Virus record (IMG/VR): IMGVR_UViG_3300027838_000037
Location: 1 to 25,013 of that record
Origin: a virus
Lineage: Duplodnaviria > Caudoviricetes
DNA length: 25,013 bases
Reading direction: 5' to 3' (one strand)
Under the pieces are notes generated by a model. That model saw only the letters and a program-made list of their open reading frames with translations, was not told the origin of the DNA and did no database searches. Position numbers and translations under genes: made by a program. Position 1 is the stretch's first letter. Each line of letters begins with the position of its first letter. This document shows, one piece after another, positions 14,698 through 23,308 of the stretch.

Positions 14698-15267
14698 TTA
14701 ATACACGGACCTTACAGAATCGCATATATTTAATTTTTTTGCTTCTTTGGCTGATAACCAAACATCCTGTGGAGGTAATAGAAACTCTCTAATTTGTTCT
14801 TCTGTTAGCTCTGTACATTTTTTATAATGATCAATCATTCGTTTAGTTGATAACTCAAACTCTTTGACCTGTGCGAACAATTCATGTTCTTTACCCCACG
14901 ATCCCCAACTGAATTGATGAGATAATATAGAAGTGTTGGGAGTTAAAACTCTATGTCCAGGAGTTCCTGAAATAAACAAAAGAAGTCCACAAGATGCTAT
15001 CAAACCTAACCCAAGTGTGTAAATAGGAATTTTACTACCTTTCATAATATCAATCAAAGCAAAACAAGGTGCCATCTCTCCACCAGGAGAACAAATCATA
15101 AACTGTAATTTTTTCTGCTTCTTTCTTTCTGTATTTTGTTTTAATACAAATTCAATTGCCTCTCTACAACTTTCAGTATCTACTCCGCCAACAAATAAAA
15201 ATATGCCTGAATCATAAAGATCAGTAGCCATCATAGGCATAGGCATTCTTGGGATCGCATCTTCCAT
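14698..15267 (-). CDS. clpP: ATP-dependent Clp protease proteolytic subunit
   Basis: ICSPGG, G.IASCG (Ser), ILSHQ (His), QDVWLSAKEA..L..CD (Asp). Probable start ATG 15267 after SD AAGGAG (the track starts at 15348). Confidence 0.92.
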   Translation of the reverse strand: MEDAIPRMPMPMMATDLYDSGIFLFVGGVDTESCREAIEFVLKQNTERKKQKKLQFMICSPGGEMAPCFALIDIMKGSKIPIYTLGLGLIASCGLLLFISGTPGHRVLTPNTSILSHQFSWGSWGKEHELFAQVKEFELSTKRMIDHYKKCTELTEEQIREFLLPPQDVWLSAKEAKKLNICDSVRSVY

Positions 15268-15290
15268 TATTTTTAACTCCTTCATTATAT

Positions 15291-15298
15291 TATTTATC
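15291..15298 (-). promoter_or_regulatory. Late promoter motif GATAAATA upstream of clpP
   Basis: NATAAATA directly after the upstream stop and before the clpP SD. Confidence 0.5.
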
Positions 15299-16018
15299 TT
15301 ATCGTGTTGTCTTGTTCCAGGTGGCCACATTAGTTCCAGTATGACCACGTGGCCATACGTTCTCTAATGGAACACCTACAAAATTGAAAGGCATTGATAC
15401 TCTAGGCTGATCACTATCACTGGCTTGTGTTTTATGTTTCAACCAAGAGGGCCATAGATATATTCTACCTTGTACTACCTTCATTCTAGCATATTGATGT
15501 CCTGTTTCATATCCTGGACTATACGCCTCCATACCTTTTATATATTCTAATGGATTTAAAAGCAATAAGTCTCCACTTTCTTCTGGTGCTGTAAAATAAA
15601 ATGTTGCACTTATATCATTACGTCCATGAGAATGTAATGCTGTATAATCTCCACGTAGGTGGCGAACAGCCCAACTACCACTTATAATTGGTGTAAGGTC
15701 TGTTCTCCATTGCATCTCTGTCCAAAATTCCTCAGCACATTTTGTCACCTGTTTGTTTAATACATTAAACTCAGGATATTCGCTTAACTGTTGAGGTTGA
15801 TGTGTAACTGTACTTATCCCCGTTTTGCCTACTTCTCTAAAATGAGGAAATGATGCTTCATACTCTATAGGCTTTGTATCCTGTGTCCATGCCTGCATCT
15901 GATATTCATCCTGCTCAAACAGAAATTGTATAACATTAAGCATCTCAATCCTTTCTAAATCATCAAGCTCTAAATCTTTACTAAAAATTTTAATTGGAAA
16001 AATATCATGTATCATCAT
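15299..16018 (-). CDS. Putative 2OG-Fe(II) oxygenase (TIGR02466-like), second copy
   Basis: IFPI start, SWA, HSH, ISATFY, GDL...NP, WPSWLKH, RVSMPFN. Confidence 0.85.
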   Translation of the reverse strand: MMIHDIFPIKIFSKDLELDDLERIEMLNVIQFLFEQDEYQMQAWTQDTKPIEYEASFPHFREVGKTGISTVTHQPQQLSEYPEFNVLNKQVTKCAEEFWTEMQWRTDLTPIISGSWAVRHLRGDYTALHSHGRNDISATFYFTAPEESGDLLLLNPLEYIKGMEAYSPGYETGHQYARMKVVQGRIYLWPSWLKHKTQASDSDQPRVSMPFNFVGVPLENVWPRGHTGTNVATWNKTTR

Positions 16019-16358
16019 TAAATTCCTTCACATAATCTAAAAAGTTTTCTGCATCTAATACTACTAATGGATTTACACCATTCTTCTTTATCACTACAAT
16101 AGGATCATAGAGTCCTTTATTACTATTAGCCTGGTCCCAAGCAGACCAAATATTTAATTTCTCTTGGTTTTTACACTCTATTGAATAAGGAAATTTATTA
16201 CGGGCAGCCTTTGACATAATCAAATCTTCACCACCTGCTCCCATTGATCTAGACTCTATATCTTCTGGATCAATTTCCAACTTCTCTATAAGAAGCTGCA
16301 TAAACTTCTGCTGTAATCGTCTACCCTTCGCCTTCGCCGAACTCGTTTTCATTATCAT
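16005..16358 (-). CDS. Small PD-(D/E)XK endonuclease / Holliday junction resolvase-like
   Basis: SAKAKGR.LQ, SMGAGGED, FPYSIECKNQE motifs. Confidence 0.8.
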   Translation of the reverse strand: MIMKTSSAKAKGRRLQQKFMQLLIEKLEIDPEDIESRSMGAGGEDLIMSKAARNKFPYSIECKNQEKLNIWSAWDQANSNKGLYDPIVVIKKNGVNPLVVLDAENFLDYVKEFNDDT

Positions 16359-16491
16359 TCCATTCTAAAATTTCTATTGGTTCACTACAAAATGGACAAA
16401 ACTCTGCTGTCATATCCATATTAGTCTGCAAGCTATACTCGGCTCCACACTGTTCACATTCAAAAGATTGCTGAGTAATTTCTTCTTCCAT
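16321..16491 (-). CDS. Small acidic zinc-ribbon protein, 56 aa (not in the ORF track)
   Basis: Hand-translated MEEEITQQSFECEQCGAEYSLQTNMDMTAEFCPFCSEPIEILEWNDNENEFGEGEG*. CxxC...CPFC; starts immediately after the nrdJ stop. Confidence 0.8.
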   Translation of the reverse strand: MEEEITQQSFECEQCGAEYSLQTNMDMTAEFCPFCSEPIEILEWNDNENEFGEGEG

Positions 16492-16492
16492 A

Positions 16493-18421
16493 TCAATTAA
16501 CCGAGGTTAGGTCAACTATTTCACAACCACCATCCGCACTACAGGCCAACTCTTGACTACCAGCAGTCATATCTTGATGTTCATATTCTATTAATTTTGA
16601 CCAATCAATATTGGTTGGCATTTTTTTAACTAATTCATCATATTCTTGTTTACTACAATCTTGATATGGTGCTTGTCTATATGTATAATCACTCATTGGT
16701 AAGAATGATACTCCGCTCATCGTATCAAAGTTTTCATAAACCCATGCACCCACTGCCATCCATTCATCTTCTTTAACTGATACCGTAATAGATGGTTTGT
16801 GTTCACACCAATTTTCTTGATATATTTTCCATAATTCTAAGTGTTCAATTGCACCCATATCTTTTCTATATATGCCTTTTATTGGACCTTTAATAGGAAA
16901 TGAGAATATCCAAGTATGATCTGGTTTAGTAACATCATCCTCATGGGGAAACATTTGATCATGCATCATCTTAGCAAGAGGATCTTTTTTATCTGCCCGA
17001 ACTGTCCGAACATAATATGGATTATGTCGTGCATGAATACCAGAAGCGGTATCTGTCAACTGTGATACAGTACCAGATGGCTTTACACAAGTTATAGCAG
17101 CTGATGCATTGATATTAAGTTTCTTTGCCCACTCTCTATTTGTATCTATAGCTACTTTCCTTAATCCCTGCAACAGTGATGATAAATCTCCATTACCATG
17201 ATTTGTTAATTGACAATCCATTATCCCTGTCATAGATACACCAAGCAATCTTTCTTCTTCACAATTCTCACGCCACTTTTTATTTAAATATTTAAAGTTT
17301 GTGAGAGTTGATTGCATGGTGCCTAATATCGTTGCAGTTTTAACTTTCTCTTTTAAAGATTCTTCAGTATCATTTTCTCGTATAACTACTTCCGTAAGGT
17401 TACAAAATTCTCTATCTCGAAGGATTATTTCTGAACACGGGTTGGTCCCAAACTCAAAATCTGAATCTCGTCTACCATTCTTAGCAGCCTGAACCTTTGC
17501 AGCTGAACGATTAAACATACCACGCTCACCAGACTTTGATTCATATAACGATTTCCATTCTTCCATGAAAATACCCATATCAGGCTTCTCTGTATACGCC
17601 GCTGAGTTATTGGCAAGAGCTCTCTGTTGATTTGACTCCCACCAACGGCCTGACTTGGCTAATCTCATACGATCATCTGATAGATTTGATAGACTGATAA
17701 GAGCACTGCGTCTTACACCACCAACCACAACTACCTCTGCAATCTTGCAACAGATATCATGCGCCTCTAATGAGGTGAGCTTTCTACCTGCGGCGCCACG
17801 GAAAATAGCTACACAAAAATGAAATAGATCCTCCAATGGTTCAGGTCCTGAGGCCCTGCCGCCAAATGTTTTAAGGGGCGAGCCTGCAGGTCTTATTCGT
17901 GATAAGTTCCATTTAGGAATCTGACCGGCGGCCAACAGGTAGATAAGCTCTCTCAAAGCCTTTGCCCAACCCAACTTAGAATCTGACACCATAATAATTG
18001 TATCTGTGTCAAAAAAATCTTCATTGATTGTTGGTAAAATATTTACATATTGACGCTCTACACTGAAACCTACTCCAGTACCATTCATCAACACATATAA
18101 CAATTCATCAAATGATCGAAAACTATCTACTGTTATATAAGAACAGTTATACCCAGCAACATTCTCTCTGTTCAATGCCTCGCCAGCGGTCATAAGGCAC
18201 CGCATTGATGGCATAACTTTTAAATTTAATACTGATTCTTTTAGTTGTTCTACTATTTTAGGAGTTAAATTAAAATCACACTTATCTTTCAAGTGTATCT
18301 TAAAAAAATCAAAGTACCGGTCGACTGTTTCTTCCCACGTTTCACGCCTATTATCATCATATCTATAACGTGAATATCTGCTTAAATGTATATATTGTTG
18401 GTACTCTGTAGGTAGGCTCAT
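16493..18421 (-). CDS. nrdJ: Class II adenosylcobalamin-dependent ribonucleotide reductase
   Basis: MPSMR, YNCSY, GGVRRSALI, GTNPCSEI, TCVKPSGTVS, WCEHKPS.T, C-terminal ACSADGGCE. No ATP cone and no nrdB nearby. Confidence 0.93.
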   Translation of the reverse strand: MSLPTEYQQYIHLSRYSRYRYDDNRRETWEETVDRYFDFFKIHLKDKCDFNLTPKIVEQLKESVLNLKVMPSMRCLMTAGEALNRENVAGYNCSYITVDSFRSFDELLYVLMNGTGVGFSVERQYVNILPTINEDFFDTDTIIMVSDSKLGWAKALRELIYLLAAGQIPKWNLSRIRPAGSPLKTFGGRASGPEPLEDLFHFCVAIFRGAAGRKLTSLEAHDICCKIAEVVVVGGVRRSALISLSNLSDDRMRLAKSGRWWESNQQRALANNSAAYTEKPDMGIFMEEWKSLYESKSGERGMFNRSAAKVQAAKNGRRDSDFEFGTNPCSEIILRDREFCNLTEVVIRENDTEESLKEKVKTATILGTMQSTLTNFKYLNKKWRENCEEERLLGVSMTGIMDCQLTNHGNGDLSSLLQGLRKVAIDTNREWAKKLNINASAAITCVKPSGTVSQLTDTASGIHARHNPYYVRTVRADKKDPLAKMMHDQMFPHEDDVTKPDHTWIFSFPIKGPIKGIYRKDMGAIEHLELWKIYQENWCEHKPSITVSVKEDEWMAVGAWVYENFDTMSGVSFLPMSDYTYRQAPYQDCSKQEYDELVKKMPTNIDWSKLIEYEHQDMTAGSQELACSADGGCEIVDLTSVN

Positions 18422-18431
18422 GTACTGTTCC

Positions 18432-19409
18432 TTAAATTCGCTTCCAAATTGATAATTGAGTTGTAGCTGTCAATCCAGAATAAGTATTGTTATCTATTAT
18501 TTCTTTAACGTCCTTGCCTGCGAGGACCATATCATTTATATCTTTTTCTAAAATGGTATCAGGCCAAATCACTAGTTCATTACCACTATTGATTAATGTT
18601 TCCATTTTCTTTACAATCTCTTTACTTCTAGGTTCATTATCTAAAATGTATGTTACACTTTCTAAATGAACTTCTGAGTTAATAAGGGTACCAAAATCTG
18701 CTCCCGCAACTGCAATGCAATTATCCACAAATAGAGAATCAATCGGACCCTCTACGACATATATTCTATGATCAACATTAATCCTATCAAGCCCAAATAT
18801 TTTGGGCTTGTCCTGAAACTTTACTGTAAGATATTTTGGAGTTTCGTTACCGAAGGCTCGCCCTTGAGCGGCGAATACTTCTCCCGATGAATCTCGGAAG
18901 GGAATAACCAATCGGGGATGGTCTTGTTTACTTGATATCTTTGCCCACTTAAAAAACTTTGTAGAAAGATATAAGTCACTATAAAACTCCTCGGGGATTT
19001 GTCTCGACTTTACAAACTGTCGGGCTGGATGCTCATCGTTAAGTTTATTTATAGAAGTTAAATTCTCTAACTCAGGATCACTTTTTTTAAACTTTGGGGC
19101 CTCAAAATTAAATTCAGGCTTCTCTGTTTTCGGTGCATCTGCCTTATATCGCTCAAGAATATATTCCTGATATAAATCAGAATCAATGTATTGAATTACT
19201 TTAGCTAAATTAGTTCCTGAACCACAGTTATGACATTTATAGAAATAATCATTCTTCTTTCTATAAAAATAACCACGGGCCTTACTATGGGACTTTTGTG
19301 AGTCACCACAATAAGGACACCGAAAATTAAATAGATTATCTCTCACCCGCTTAAACTTATCAAGCCTTGGTGACAGCAACATAATATATTTTAAATCAAT
19401 ATGTAACAT
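18432..19409 (-). CDS. gp61: T4-like DNA primase gp61
   Basis: Zn finger FRCPYCGDS...CHNCG, RLVIPF, QGR, TOPRIM VEGPIDS, DNEPR, KDINDM. Confidence 0.95.
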   Translation of the reverse strand: MLHIDLKYIMLLSPRLDKFKRVRDNLFNFRCPYCGDSQKSHSKARGYFYRKKNDYFYKCHNCGSGTNLAKVIQYIDSDLYQEYILERYKADAPKTEKPEFNFEAPKFKKSDPELENLTSINKLNDEHPARQFVKSRQIPEEFYSDLYLSTKFFKWAKISSKQDHPRLVIPFRDSSGEVFAAQGRAFGNETPKYLTVKFQDKPKIFGLDRINVDHRIYVVEGPIDSLFVDNCIAVAGADFGTLINSEVHLESVTYILDNEPRSKEIVKKMETLINSGNELVIWPDTILEKDINDMVLAGKDVKEIIDNNTYSGLTATTQLSIWKRI

Positions 19410-19416
19410 TTATATA

Positions 19417-19445
19417 AGTATAACATCAATTAATCTATTTGTCAA
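19417..19445 (-). promoter_or_regulatory. Sigma70-type promoter, leaderless primase mRNA predicted
   Basis: TTGACA (19445-19440), 17 nt, TATACT (19422-19417) with TGn extension. ATG lies 7 nt downstream and has no SD. Confidence 0.8.
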
Positions 19446-19665
19446 TATCTTCTTTGGTAATTCCTAATATAATATCTAACTTTTTATCAGATTTTGGTTT
19501 AGAAAAATTTTGTTCTAATTCCAAATATCTTTGCCTAGCGTTATGATACTTCTTTGATTCTAAAAATTTATGTATACCACTGTCATATAAGAATCTAACA
19601 TCCTTTATCAAATCTTTATAAAACATATAAACTCTTAATTTATAATTGTGGCCTGACATAACCAT
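19435..19665 (-). CDS. Hypothetical protein
   Basis: Basic ORF filling the gap. The true start may be the later ATG (MFYK). Confidence 0.55.
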   Translation of the reverse strand: MVMSGHNYKLRVYMFYKDLIKDVRFLYDSGIHKFLESKKYHNARQRYLELEQNFSKPKSDKKLDIILGITKEDIDK

Positions 19666-20066
19666 ACAGGTTCATTCTTAATCTCATCCCAATAAGCATA
19701 CTCTGCATCTGTTGCATCAGATCCACAAGTTTTTTCTAACCAGGCATCTACAGTGCATCCGTCTTGACACGCCTCACAAGATGGTGTCAATGCCATGCAA
19801 CAATTTCTAGGTCGGTCTAAGTCACAATAAAATACATTACCTGGATACCAACAACCCGGCGGGTCAGTAGGTCCATCACAGTTCCAACCAGTGCAGGCTC
19901 GATCATCTATAATTACAACATCCACATCTTCTATTACTGTTACACCAGCACTTGAAGTTGCTTGTTCACAACCTGTTAGCATCATAAATGCTACAAACGC
20001 AATTAAAAATCCTAATATAAAATACAACCCATGATATTTTCTATGTCCAAATGGATCTCTGTCCAT
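19635..20066 (-). CDS. Cys-rich predicted lipoprotein
   Basis: Hydrophobic stretch ending in lipobox LTGC, then a Cys-rich region including CCMALTPSCEAC; SD GGAGG. Confidence 0.75.
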   Translation of the reverse strand: MDRDPFGHRKYHGLYFILGFLIAFVAFMMLTGCEQATSSAGVTVIEDVDVVIIDDRACTGWNCDGPTDPPGCWYPGNVFYCDLDRPRNCCMALTPSCEACQDGCTVDAWLEKTCGSDATDAEYAYWDEIKNEPVWLCQATIIN

Positions 20067-20113
20067 GATATATTTCCTCCATGACGAGATTCACATTATG
20101 CATAATAAAATTA

Positions 20114-22180
20114 TTATTTTGTTGTTGCTCTATATACTCCATCCCAATCTTCACCAGGACTATTTTCTTTATATTCAGCAATTCGATTTAACATTATATC
20201 ATAATAGTCTGCCATATCCGGCCAACTATCTTTCAAATCATTCGCAAACTTCTCCGCAACCTTCCACGATTGGTCACGATAAAGTGTAAGAAATTTATCG
20301 TGTTGTTGGTCTAAAGCAAACCAATCTGTATTGTGTAGTACCCAATCAGCTCTACCTAGGACAGTAAAGATACTTATAGCATCCATTTTTCCTTTCACGG
20401 CAATCTTATCTAATTCTATACAATAAAGTTCATTATCAACAGCTCGGGCAGTTTCTTCACCCAATATAATTGTTACACCGTAACCTTTAGACTGACCCTC
20501 CAGTCTCGATGCCAAGTTCGCCGCATCACCTAATATAGAATAATCAAAACGATTATTTGATCCCATGTTACCCACAACCACCTCACCAGTATTAATACCT
20601 ATCCCAATTTTAATAGGCATGAGTCCTTCGGACTCTAGTTCATCGTTTAATTTTTTTAGCGTTTGCACCATCCCTAGTGCAGACTCTACAGATTTTAATT
20701 CATGTCCTTCCACATTCACAGGAGCATTCCAAAAAGCCATTATACAGTCTCCCATATATTTATCTATTGTACCATCTCTAGCCATGATAAAGTCTGTCAT
20801 CGGTGTTAGAAATCTATTGATGAGGGATGTCAGGCCTTGAGGGTCTGTTTTATACTGTTCACTGATAGGTGTGAAGCCTCTAATGTCTGCAAACAGTATA
20901 GAAAGTTTCTTTGTTTCACCACCCAACTTGAGTAGTTCTGGATTCTTTTGCAGTATCATTACCATTGCAGGAGATAAGTAGGTGCCAAACTGTTTCTTTA
21001 TCAGCATCTTTGCTGCATATTCACGAGCATACTTATTGAATAATAATTGCATATATAACAGTAACCCACCCAATAATGGATAGGACAAATCAAATAATAT
21101 TTTATAATGATTGAAAGCATACATAGCAGTCCATGCACCAGTACTAAAAAGAAATAATACTACTGGTAGAGTCCACTTCATTCCTAATCTAGGAACTAGT
21201 ACAATGAGAATGATACCAAAAATAAAAAAGTCTAGTGTCTCTAATAGATTAGCTATGTCCCATCGTTTGATTGATGTACCTGCAATCATTGTTTCAATCA
21301 TGCGAGCATTAATTTCGTGAGTGTCCGCAGGCCCGAATGGTGTTGCAACTGGTTGTGTCAGCCCATCAGCAACTAAACCGACAATAACTATTTTACCTTC
21401 AAATGTATACGGTTCTTCTATAGAGGAACTTCGTGGTATGCGAATAGAATAATCAAGCCACACTCTTCCATTACTATCTGTATCTACTACAGGAAATCCT
21501 CTGACCCTGACTTTAGATATGCCTGCGGCTGTTGCTTTAATCTGAAACGATTTAGAACCTACTGCAACTCTCATTACTTCCATAGGTAATGATGGATAGA
21601 TTGTTTTTTCTCCTACTCTAATGGCAGTAGGCATACGTCTTACAACACCATCAATCTCTGGTATTGTTGCAACCATACCAACGCCAGCAGCCACATCTGC
21701 AATAGGTTTGATATTCTTAACTGCCCCCGGAAACCGAAACAACCATGGGAAAGGGTCACCTTGATATGATAAGCCTCTTGGGGTGGCTTGCTCGTCTAAA
21801 GCACGTGCGGATGCGGTCTGGGTGATCACCACGGGCACTTGCTGCATAACACTTATCAAGTCTGCATCGCCACCTAAACGATCTTCCTCTGGGAACATGA
21901 AATTCAATACTACTAACGAAGCACCTTGATTATATAAATCTGCAACGAGTTGTGCTAGAACAGTTCTTTTCCATGGCCATTGACCATGTTCTTTTAAATG
22001 ATGTTCTTCTATATCATAAAGAGTAACATTCTCTCCATACTTCCGATCGCCGGTTGATTGATATAGATCAAAAGTTTTTAGCCGCAGTATTTCTACCGGA
22101 ACAGGATCCCAATATCTAATTGTGGTAAGTATCAATAATGTAATCAATACCATCCATGCTGAAGTCAACCACTTACTCAT
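20114..22180 (-). CDS. CHASE2-domain class III adenylate cyclase
   Basis: N-terminal TM, DI.E.....GQWPW.R CHASE2 motif, D.DGVVRR, three TMs, then FADIRGFT, DKYMGD, GIGINTG.VVVGNMGS..RFDY..GD..NLASRLE (Lys/Asp ATP-specificity residues). Confidence 0.95.
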   Translation of the reverse strand: MSKWLTSAWMVLITLLILTTIRYWDPVPVEILRLKTFDLYQSTGDRKYGENVTLYDIEEHHLKEHGQWPWKRTVLAQLVADLYNQGASLVVLNFMFPEEDRLGGDADLISVMQQVPVVITQTASARALDEQATPRGLSYQGDPFPWLFRFPGAVKNIKPIADVAAGVGMVATIPEIDGVVRRMPTAIRVGEKTIYPSLPMEVMRVAVGSKSFQIKATAAGISKVRVRGFPVVDTDSNGRVWLDYSIRIPRSSSIEEPYTFEGKIVIVGLVADGLTQPVATPFGPADTHEINARMIETMIAGTSIKRWDIANLLETLDFFIFGIILIVLVPRLGMKWTLPVVLFLFSTGAWTAMYAFNHYKILFDLSYPLLGGLLLYMQLLFNKYAREYAAKMLIKKQFGTYLSPAMVMILQKNPELLKLGGETKKLSILFADIRGFTPISEQYKTDPQGLTSLINRFLTPMTDFIMARDGTIDKYMGDCIMAFWNAPVNVEGHELKSVESALGMVQTLKKLNDELESEGLMPIKIGIGINTGEVVVGNMGSNNRFDYSILGDAANLASRLEGQSKGYGVTIILGEETARAVDNELYCIELDKIAVKGKMDAISIFTVLGRADWVLHNTDWFALDQQHDKFLTLYRDQSWKVAEKFANDLKDSWPDMADYYDIMLNRIAEYKENSPGEDWDGVYRATTK

Positions 22181-22184
22181 TTTA

Positions 22185-22529
22185 TCAGTCTTTATGTTTA
22201 CCTAAAATCTCTATAATTTCCCAAGTGCCGTCTGCATAATGATGTACTTTAGCGTCTACTAAATCACACATAAAAGCTAAACGCTCACCATCAATCTTAT
22301 AAGTAATACCATTTATTTCTACTTCATCTGTTGCTTCAGCTCTATTTCGCCATTTCTTTTCAACTTCTCTTTTTGTTTTCAAACAGGCGCTCATACTATT
22401 GGCACCTTTATGATCTATTAATGTTCCATCAGCAAATACACAGACTGCAAAAACAACTTCGGCTTCTTGTTCAGTAGTCATTGCAACACTTGTAAATAGC
22501 AATAACATTAACCCTACGATATATTTCAT
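22185..22529 (-). CDS. Exported small protein with a CLKxKR motif
   Basis: Probable start MKYIV after SD GAGG, signal peptide, SMSACLKTKR...FMCD. Confidence 0.75.
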   Translation of the reverse strand: MKYIVGLMLLLFTSVAMTTEQEAEVVFAVCVFADGTLIDHKGANSMSACLKTKREVEKKWRNRAEATDEVEINGITYKIDGERLAFMCDLVDAKVHHYADGTWEIIEILGKHKD

Positions 22530-22539
22530 TTTCATTTCC

Positions 22540-22833
22540 TCAAATTTTAACAGCCTTCTTCTTTGGCTCAATATCTAATATTTTTTTGACAACTAATAGT
22601 TTTTCCCAATTTGGTCCAACTTCTACCTTATGTTTCTCACAAGCAAATCGTGTCCTACCTGTATAAGAATCTTTCCAACCGTTCCGTTTTAAATTTCGTT
22701 TCATTTTTAGACAACCACCCATGCCCATCTCTACCCATTTACCGGCATTGTTTTCGTGGTGTCCCATAAATTCTTTTGGTACATCATTGATGTATAATAC
22801 CAAAACCATTATGGTTACTATTGTAACACTCAT
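22540..22833 (-). CDS. Small protein with hydrophobic N-terminus and a CLKxKR motif
   Basis: MGMGGCLKMKR...FACE; ATGA overlap with the upstream gene. Confidence 0.75.
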   Translation of the reverse strand: MSVTIVTIMVLVLYINDVPKEFMGHHENNAGKWVEMGMGGCLKMKRNLKRNGWKDSYTGRTRFACEKHKVEVGPNWEKLLVVKKILDIEPKKKAVKI

Positions 22834-23270
22834 TCTTCGTGTCCTCCATTACTGGCCTTTAGAGTTGCTATAGCATCCCGCATCGACTCAATTCGTTCTT
22901 CAGCTGAACTAATGCGTTTTTCAAAAAATTCTAAAGTTAAAGCCTGTTGTTGGTCATGTGGGGCTTTGCCTGTATCTATTTCGTCTGCCAGTTTTTCAAA
23001 CTCACCAGCTAAATGCTCTATCAGCATAAACTGTTCTGAGTCGGAAGGCGTAGTGCCCAGGTCACCTCTCGGCCATTTGATTCTAAACTCTGAGTTCTTT
23101 ACTAGGTCAGCTTGAACTAAAATCAAGTTAGTTTCTATCTTATTAAGTCGTTCAATAACTCCAAACCAAGCCCAGAGTCCGAAAGCAACAGCAACTACCA
23201 ATGAGATTAAGTTTCTCACTGGCATTGCAAATCTGGTATTGTCGTTTAATTCTGTAGGCGCAGTAGCCAT
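22830..23270 (-). CDS. Single-TM coiled-coil protein
   Basis: TM LISLVVAVAFGLWAWFGVI followed by coiled coils and FRIKWPRG; SD GAGGA. Confidence 0.8.
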   Translation of the reverse strand: MATAPTELNDNTRFAMPVRNLISLVVAVAFGLWAWFGVIERLNKIETNLILVQADLVKNSEFRIKWPRGDLGTTPSDSEQFMLIEHLAGEFEKLADEIDTGKAPHDQQQALTLEFFEKRISSAEERIESMRDAIATLKASNGGHEE

Positions 23271-23295
23271 AATATATCCTCACATATACATTTAC

Positions 23296-23303
23296 TATTT
23301 ATT
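23296..23303 (-). promoter_or_regulatory. Late promoter motif AATAAATA
   Basis: NATAAATA in the intergenic gap upstream of the gene starting at 23270. Confidence 0.55.
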
Positions 23304-23308
23304 CATAT

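Noticed and set aside
16493-19409. Introns, inteins or stop-codon reassignment in core genes
   Set aside because: NrdJ, primase and the other core genes are uninterrupted and of expected length under the standard code, and all three stop codons end genes.
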